Shown here: piece by piece, positions 1-7,010 of the stretch
Numbering within the stretch: the stretch's first letter is position 1
Layout of the letters: each line of letters starts with the position of its first letter
Assembly (NCBI RefSeq): GCF_000008565.1
Contig: NC_001264.1
Location: forward strand, 405,339 to 412,348
From: Deinococcus radiodurans R1 = ATCC 13939 = DSM 20539
Lineage (GTDB): Bacteria; Deinococcota; Deinococci; Deinococcales; Deinococcaceae
Length of the DNA stretch: 7,010 bases
Direction of reading: 5' to 3'
Program-made: the position numbers and the translations under genes
Notes under the pieces: model-generated
The model's input: the letters and a program-made list of their open reading frames with translations, nothing else
Databases searched by the model: none
What the model was told of the DNA's origin: nothing

Positions 1-2
1 AC

Positions 3-884
3 GGCATCGCCGCGCACACTGGGTTGCCACTGACCACGCCCGGCACCTCGGCCATGACGCTGGTGCTGGCGCTGACGGCGCACGCGGTGGGCTGGCCTTT
101 TCCAGCAGGCGGCGCCCAGGCGCTGGCCGACGCGCTGCGGAGGTATCTGGAATATCTGGGAGGCGAGGTGATTACGGGCGTGCGCGTCAGCCAGCCGCGC
201 GACCTGCCCCCGGCCCGTGTGACGCTGGTGGATTCCAGCCCGGCGGTGCTCCTCCGCCTGCTCGGGGACCGCGCTCCGGCGAGTTACCGCGCCGCGCTGT
301 CCCGCTACCGCTACGGCGCGGGGATGCAGAAATTCGACTACGCGCTCAGCGGCCCGTTGCCCTGGCAAGACGAGCGGCTGCGGCGGGCGGCCACCGTTCA
401 CATCGCCGGAAGCGCCGCTGAAATCGTGGCGTCCGAAGCGTCGTTGCAGTCGGAGCGGCCCTACCTCCTCGCCGCGCAGCACAGCCTTTTTGACCCCTCA
501 CGTGCCCCGGCGGGCGGGCACACCCTGTGGGTCTACGCCCACGTCCCCAACGGCTCGGACGCCGACTTGCGGCCCCGGGTCGAAGCGCAACTCGAACGCT
601 TTGCCCCCGGTTTCCACGAGCGGGTGCTCGCCTGCCGGGTGACCACCGCGTCGCAGCTTGAGCGCTTTAGCCCGGTCTTCGTTGGCGGCGACGTGGCGGG
701 CGGGGCGGTGACCCTGCCGCAGCTTGTCGCGCGCCCGGTGCTGTCGGCGGCTCCCTACCGCACGCCGGTGCGCGGGGTGTATCTGTGTTCGAGCTCCACG
801 CCTCCCGGTGGCGGCATTCACGGCATGTGCGGGGTCAACGCGGCACGAACGGCGCTGGCAGACGAGTTCGGCTTCAGGAAGTAA
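3..884 (+). CDS. NAD(P)/FAD-dependent oxidoreductase, phytoene desaturase/dehydrogenase-related family (COG1233-like). This is the C-terminal part; the 5' end is off window.
   Basis: Frame 3 is open from the window edge ([12 protein letters not shown]...), so the TTG at 24 is only the first possible start codon in the window. The stop is TAA at 882-884. The translation carries C-terminal hallmarks of this flavoprotein family: [20 protein letters not shown] and [31 protein letters not shown]. The N-terminal FAD-binding fold is not in the window. Confidence 0.75.
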   Translation, partial: GIAAHTGLPLTTPGTSAMTLVLALTAHAVGWPFPAGGAQALADALRRYLEYLGGEVITGVRVSQPRDLPPARVTLVDSSPAVLLRLLGDRAPASYRAALSRYRYGAGMQKFDYALSGPLPWQDERLRRAATVHIAGSAAEIVASEASLQSERPYLLAAQHSLFDPSRAPAGGHTLWVYAHVPNGSDADLRPRVEAQLERFAPGFHERVLACRVTTASQLERFSPVFVGGDVAGGAVTLPQLVARPVLSAAPYRTPVRGVYLCSSSTPPGGGIHGMCGVNAARTALADEFGFRK

Positions 885-981
885 AGCCGCCCTCAGCCGG
901 GCAGGTCCACACAAAATTCGCTTAAGGCCCCTGCAACCCGCCACGCCCCCAGCTTCGGCACACTGGGCAGCAGGAGACCTC

Positions 982-1896
<915 letters not shown>

Positions 1897-1908
1897 CACG
1901 GCAGCAAT

Positions 1909-1945
1909 AAAAAGGCCAGCGAGGGAAATCCTCCTGGCTTTTTTT
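1909..1945. terminator. Bidirectional rho-independent terminator between convergent genes
   Basis: AAAAA (1909-1913) is followed by a stem GCCAG(c)GAGG (1915-1924), loop GAAAT (1925-1929) and stem CCTCCTGGC (1930-1938). This gives 9 bp with one bulged C, followed by TTTTTTT (1939-1945). On the - strand the same hairpin is followed by TTTTT. It lies 13 nt after the SDR stop (1896) and 10 nt after the FRG-gene stop (1956). Confidence 0.8.
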
Positions 1946-1955
1946 CTGTCTGAAC

Positions 1956-2857
1956 TCAGCGGTGCTGGTTGCGGCTGTCCTCGGGGGTGCGGTTGTCCTC
2001 CTGATCGGGGAATTCGTCGCCGCGCACCCGGTAGTAGCGCCGCAGCCACTGCCCCAGCCCGCTCAGGTCGGGAAACAGGGTCCGCTCGGTGATGTTCGCC
2101 TGATCGAGCCGGTCGCGCACTTCCCACTTCAGCTCGGCGGGCAGCAGCACACGCCGGGCGGCGCCGTCGTATTGGCCCAGCCACGTTTCTAGGTCGTCCT
2201 CGGGGTTGGACAGCATGGAAAACAGCGCCGACTGCTGCACGATGCGCTGGTCGAGCGAAGGTGGCTCCAGAAACATCAGGAAAGGGCGCCCGCTTTCACG
2301 CTCCATGCGTTCGAGCCAGTGGATGTCGGCGTCGAAGCTCAGGCCCTGAAGCCTCTCCCCCGCGCTGAACGTCGCCAGCATGTCGGTGGTAAACACACTG
2401 CTGCCCTAAACACACTGCTGCCCTCATGCCGCAGCAGGTGCGAGAGCGGCCCCGGCAGCGCGGCGTTGGTCGTCGCCATGTCAAGCATCCAGATCACGCC
2501 GTCTTTGTCGTAGTCGCGCTCCTCGGCGGTGGCAAAGTGCAGCGCGACAAGCGGCGAATAGCTCCAGTCGAGCAGCCGGGTCGGCAACCCGTGGTGCTGC
2601 CCGAGCGCCAGCCAGTACCACAGCACATTCTCGGTCTGCACGTTCGCCTGCGTGTACTTGCGAAACGCGCGTACCAGATGCCGCTCGATATCGCGCGTTT
2701 CCCCGGCGAGGCGCTGAAGCGAGGTCGTCAACCGGGCAGCGCGGCCCTGGCCCCGAAACACGTAGGGCGAGCGAAAACGCCGCAGCTCCGCGTTCCAGGA
2801 ATTCTGGTTGAGCACCTCAAGCAATTCGAGCCAGCTGGCAACCCGAATGTCTTCCAC
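1956..2857 (-). pseudogene. FRG-domain protein gene, frameshifted by a 17-bp tandem duplication
   Basis: There are two consecutive - strand ORFs in different frames. The N-terminal fragment is 2857->2339 (GTG start, 172 aa) and the C-terminal fragment is 2396->1956 (146 aa). The N-terminal fragment has RSPYVFRGQGRA and LALGQHHGLPTRLLDWSYSPLVALHFA. The C-terminal fragment has PPSLDQRIVQQSALFS. Together these are the conserved blocks of the Pfam FRG domain family. Removing one 17-nt repeat copy joins them as ...HEGSSVF|TTDMLATF..., giving 294 codons. Confidence 0.8.
2390..2424. repeat. Perfect tandem duplication of a 17-bp unit (AAACACACTGCTGCCCT x2)
   Basis: Read directly from the sequence: 2391-2407 is identical to 2408-2424. 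One extra T of microhomology (2390, 2407, 2424) makes the duplicated tract 35 nt. Confidence 0.95.
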
Positions 2858-2862
2858 GGCCT

Positions 2863-4042
<1,180 letters not shown>

Positions 4043-4050
<8 letters not shown>

Positions 4051-5218
4051 CGGCACTCTCGCGCAGAGGGGCCGGGGCCGCGCTCTGCTGGGTCTGAACG
4101 GCGCTTTCCATCGCCGCCTGCATCTCATTCCAGGTGCGGTCCCACGACAGCCCAGCGAGGTAGGCGTCGGCCCGCTGCTGGCGCTCGGTGGCCTGCGCGG
4201 TGCCGGCTTCGTCCAGTGCTGCCGCACAGGCGGCTTCGAAGGCGTCTACCCCGTCCGCCACGCGCACCATCTCTCCTTCCCCGTAGGGCCGGATCACGTC
4301 ACGAATGCCGGTCGACACCACCGGCACGCCCGCCGCCAGATATTCGGGCGTCTTGGTCGGGCTGATGAACTCGGTGGACGGATTGAGCGCAAAGGGCAGC
4401 AGCGCCACGTCCCAGTGGGCGAGGTACTGCGGCAACTCGGCATAGGTCTTCTGCCCCAGGTAATGCAGGTTGGGCGCCTGCGGCAGCTCGGCGGGATCAA
4501 TCTTAACCACCGGCCCCAGCAGCACGATCTGCCATTCGGGGCGGCGGCGAGCAAGTTCACCGATCAGGGCGGTATCGAAGCGCTCGTCGATCACACCGTA
4601 AAAGCCGAGACGCGGACGCGGCAGCTCACGCTGGTCCGCTGGATCTGCTAGATCTTGCCGCGCCTGTGCGAAGTGCTCGACTTCCACACTGGAGGGAAAA
4701 GGATACACATTGCCGTGTTGCAGGCACTTGGCCTCGTACAGACGGTGCCCGCCGGTGAAGACCACGCCGGCCTGCTCAAACAGTTGCTGCTCGCGTTCAC
4801 GCAGTTCGGGAGGAGCGCCCCTAAAGTTGGCAAGTTCGTCCATGCAGTCATAGACCGTCAGGCGCGGAGTGAGGCCCGCCGCCACCGGCAGCTCCATCGG
4901 CGTATAGACCCACAGGTCGTAGGTGTCCAGGCCTTCGCTCTGTACCAGTTGCGTGAGCAGCCGCGCGGTGCGGGCCTGGGATTCTGCTGGGCTGTGCCCA
5001 GACTCGACGTGGGGCGTGCAGACCGTCACGCCGCTGGCATCTGTCACCATTTCCAGTCTGTCGGCGTCCTCACCAAACACCGGCTCTTCAATAAAAAACA
5101 CCCGGCGGGTGCGAGCGGCGCGGGTCATCAAATGTTGCGGCCTCTGAAAAACAAAGTTCCAGCGGAGATGCGAGAGCACCAGCAAAGCCGGAGCCTGGGT
5201 TGAGCATGAAGCGACCAC
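4043..5218 (-). CDS. GT-B fold glycosyltransferase (GT4/TuaH-like family), about 391 aa
   Basis: Stop TGA at 4045-4043. The N-terminal block LLVLSHLRWNFVFQRPQHL and the C-terminal block EFISPTKTPEYLAAGVPVVSTG are typical of TuaH-like family-1/4 glycosyltransferases. The preferred start is GTG at 5218-5216, which is preceded by GGAAGGAGG (AGGAGG is the complement of 5225-5230) with a 6-nt spacer. The longest ORF starts at ATG 5290 but has only GGAAG directly abutting the ATG. Confidence 0.85.
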
Positions 5219-5427
5219 AACGGGCCTCCTTCCATCGTGAGGGCGAAATTGTTCAGGTGGGGGGCAAAGTGGACGGAGAGCGTGGCTCATCTTCCAGTCA
5301 GGAGCTTAGTGCAAGCGCTGAAATGAGAAGGTGGGATATGTGAGAAATAAAGCACTTTGATGCTCAGATGGGAAAGAGACAAAGAAAATATTGACCTTAA
5401 CTGGCCCAATGTCATTTAGAAATCCAA

Positions 5428-5447
5428 TTCCACAAAGTGCCACAGGC
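5428..5447 (+). repeat. Iteron-like repeat copy 1 (TTCCACAAAGTGCCACAGGC)
   Basis: Exact 20-mer shared with copy 2. It contains two CCACA pentamers 10 bp apart (5430-5434 and 5440-5444). Confidence 0.85.
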
Positions 5448-5542
5448 AGGCAGGAATACTAGGAAAAGAGCGTTTTTGTAAACGATTGAACCCTAGATAA
5501 GCGTCACTGACTGCTGCCACATCTACGTGGAGGGCAAGAATT

Positions 5543-5562
5543 TTCCACAAAGTGCCACAGGC
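5543..5562 (+). repeat. Iteron-like repeat copy 2 (TTCCACAAAGTGCCACAGGC)
   Basis: Identical to copy 1 and starts exactly 115 bp after it. Together with the two preceding T residues it reads TTTTCCACA (5541-5549), one mismatch from the canonical DnaA box TTATCCACA. Confidence 0.85.
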
Positions 5563-5657
5563 GAGGACTAGGCAAGACAATCCAGGTGGAGCTCGGCGTC
5601 AAATTCAGACCTAAAAACCGTGAAGCTCGCCGCCCCACAGTTTTGAGCGAGCAGGAA

Positions 5658-5677
5658 CTCCACAAAGTGCCGCAGGC
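5658..5677 (+). repeat. Iteron-like repeat copy 3 (CTCCACAAAGTGCCGCAGGC, 18/20)
   Basis: Starts exactly 115 bp after copy 2 and has two substitutions. It shares the extra 3' bases AG with copy 1 and ends 3 nt before the Rep-like gene stop codon (5681-5683). Confidence 0.8.
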
Positions 5678-5680
5678 AGC

Positions 5681-7010
5681 TCAGGCCTGTTCCCAGGCTT
5701 GAATTTGTGCCTGAGCGGCTGCCGTTTCCTTGTTAAGTAGCCCGATGAGGTCCAGACTGCTCACCCGTTCCGCAACATAGAGCGCAGCGGCGCGGTCCCG
5801 CAGTTCACGGCGCTCCGCCGTATCGTCGTACTGGCCGAGCAAGATCACATGCGCCGAGCGGGCTTTGCGGGGAACAGTACTGGTTTCCGAGTCGCCTTCT
5901 TCGCTCGTCTCCTGAGTGGGCTTAGCTTGAGCACGGGCTTCGTCGGTGGTCTTTTCAGCCACGGTCAGCAGCGTGTCGTACTTGTCCGGCGATTCCAGAA
6001 TGTCGCTGAGCATCCCAGCGCGGTTACGAATCTTGGAGCGGTAGTCAGTCTGCAACAGGGCTTCTAAGACGCTCACAGCCCTCTGGACGGCCTCCGAGCC
6101 ATATGCCTGGGCCAGAGTGAGGGCTCGCCCCCCGCTGACCCCGTAGCGGGCCAGGACGGCGATGGCCTCCGGGTCGACTGCCGCGCTTTTGGTGCTGGCA
6201 AAGGTGTAGTGCACCATGCGCGTTTTGCCTCGCCCCCGGTATTCCACCTCACGCAGAAAACCTATGGCGATCAATTCCTCGTGCGCTGGCTTGAGCGCCC
6301 GCATGACTGTATCGAGACGCATCTCGTGCATCCCCAGATGGGTCGCCCAGGTGTTGAGCGGCACAGCGAAGGCCAGCACCGGCTCCTGGCCGACCTGATC
6401 CCGCTGAAAAGACAGCGTGCGGAACAGATTGCGGGTCAGAGGCTGACTCAGTCGCGCCAGCATCTCAAAATCGAGCGGCAAAATGTGTCCGGCCCGGATA
6501 TTGCTGATCAGGCTGTCGTCAAGCCGGATAGCGAGAAGTGTCTGGGCACGCCACTGCCCGGCATTGGTCACATCCGCCGTATTGTCTTCAGCCCCCAGGC
6601 GGACAATCAAACTGAAGCTTACGCTCCGCCACCGGTGGCGGCTGCCGTCATACCAGCTGTCGGTCACGTCGTATGCGGTGTGTTGCAATCGCCGCAACGA
6701 AGCTTGCAGATTGCGATAAGCACGGGCACTGGGCGTAATCCCGCTGAGCTGCAAAAGTTCGCGGGTCGTCAGACGAACGGTGTCATCCTGCGGCATCCCC
6801 TGCAACACCACAGCGTTGACGAGTCCAAGGAGAACATCGTTGTCCACCCCATGAGGAACCAACGCGTTACGAGGCGCAGTGCAGCGCACGCTGACGCCTC
6901 CAATGGCATCGAAGGCAATGTGCCGGGCCCATTCGTAGAGCTCGGTGCGGTTGGGAGCGAGCACCAGGTTCAGCCGTGCCAGATTTGGCTCGTCGTGCCT
7001 GAGTGCCAGC
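5681..7010 (-). CDS. Replication initiator protein A (RPA/RepA)-like plasmid or secondary-replicon initiator. The 5' end is probably off window.
   Basis: Stop TGA at 5683-5681. The frame stays open beyond the GTG at 6964 to the window edge (LALRHDEPNLARLNL|VLAPNRTELYEW...). The pattern matches the RPA family as I recall it: an NLARL-type N-terminus, HGVDNDVLLGLVNAVVLQG, TTRELLQLSGITPSARAYRNLQASLRRLQHTAY, PLDFEMLARLSQPLTRNLFRTLSF, and a winged-helix-like EELIAIGFLREVEYRGRGKTRMVHYTF. A further C-terminal module contains KIRNRAGMLSDIL. The call is by recollection of family motifs, not by a search. Confidence 0.65.
   Translation of the reverse strand, partial: LALRHDEPNLARLNLVLAPNRTELYEWARHIAFDAIGGVSVRCTAPRNALVPHGVDNDVLLGLVNAVVLQGMPQDDTVRLTTRELLQLSGITPSARAYRNLQASLRRLQHTAYDVTDSWYDGSRHRWRSVSFSLIVRLGAEDNTADVTNAGQWRAQTLLAIRLDDSLISNIRAGHILPLDFEMLARLSQPLTRNLFRTLSFQRDQVGQEPVLAFAVPLNTWATHLGMHEMRLDTVMRALKPAHEELIAIGFLREVEYRGRGKTRMVHYTFASTKSAAVDPEAIAVLARYGVSGGRALTLAQAYGSEAVQRAVSVLEALLQTDYRSKIRNRAGMLSDILESPDKYDTLLTVAEKTTDEARAQAKPTQETSEEGDSETSTVPRKARSAHVILLGQYDDTAERRELRDRAAALYVAERVSSLDLIGLLNKETAAAQAQIQAWEQA

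Larger units (their letters stand above)
5219..5680. other. Long AT-rich non-coding region. Candidate iteron-type replication origin, plus the promoter/leader of the glycosyltransferase-glf operon.
   Basis: No ORF of 60 aa or more is present. By hand count there are 37 G+C in the 100 nt at 5321-5420, versus about 70% in flanking genes. The region contains three phased 20-bp repeats and directly abuts the 3' end of a Rep-like gene. Confidence 0.5.

Noticed and set aside
724-981. Upstream extension of the SDR ORF (start at 724)
   Set aside because: It overlaps the 3' end of the preceding gene by 161 nt and encodes Arg/Cys-rich non-family sequence. The ATG at 982 has a proper AGGAG Shine-Dalgarno sequence.
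885-981. Possible terminator, promoter or stress-response palindrome (for example an RDRM-like site) between the oxidoreductase and SDR genes
   Set aside because: Only a 4-bp GCCC/GGGC stem without a T-tract is present. I could find no palindrome or -35/-10 pair by eye. The genes may simply be co-transcribed.
4051-4227. Upstream extension of the glf ORF (start at 4227)
   Set aside because: It lies entirely inside the glycosyltransferase coding region in another frame and encodes Arg/Pro-rich sequence. The ATG at 4050 gives the ATGACTGA stop/start overlap typical of coupled genes.
5351-5362. Degenerate inverted partial copy of the repeat core (AGCACTTTGATG versus GGCACTTTGTGG)
   Set aside because: Only 9 of 12 positions match, it is not in the 115-bp register, and a match this short in AT-rich DNA is easily due to chance.
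5391-5419. + strand TTGACC followed 17 nt later by ATTTAG as a possible promoter
   Set aside because: The -10 candidate matches TATAAT at only 2 of 6 positions. No + strand gene lies downstream, only the repeats and the 3' end of an opposite-strand gene.
5428-5677. Possible CRISPR array, since the region shows spaced direct repeats
   Set aside because: There are only three copies of a 20-bp repeat with about 95-bp spacers, which is far longer than CRISPR spacers. The repeat has no palindromic structure and there are no cas genes. The position next to a rep gene fits initiator or regulator binding sites better.

Overview
High-GC bacterial window: 43 of the first 60 nt are G+C. The protein set looks Deinococcus-like, but that is an unverified inference. 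On the + strand there is the 3' part of a phytoene-desaturase-family flavoprotein oxidoreductase (3..884) and a YghA/YhdF-type short-chain dehydrogenase (982..1896). Both are followed by a bidirectional hairpin terminator. On the - strand there is a tightly packed gene string. It runs from a GT-B glycosyltransferase (4043..5218, longest ORF to 5290) to UDP-galactopyranose mutase glf (2863..4050) to an FRG-domain gene (1956..2857). The FRG gene is broken by a perfect 17-bp tandem duplication (2391..2407 and 2408..2424). Deleting one copy by hand restores a single 294-codon frame. Upstream of that string lies a roughly 390-460 bp non-coding, AT-rich region. It holds three copies of a 20-bp motif (TTCCACAAAGTGCCACAGGC) spaced exactly 115 bp apart. 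The last copy ends 3 bp from the stop codon of a replication-initiator-protein-A-like gene (5681..>7010, 5' end off window). The two items most worth follow-up are this candidate iteron-type origin of a plasmid or secondary replicon, and the duplication-inactivated FRG gene fused into a galactofuranose operon. No tRNA, rRNA, CRISPR, transposase or IS element was recognised.
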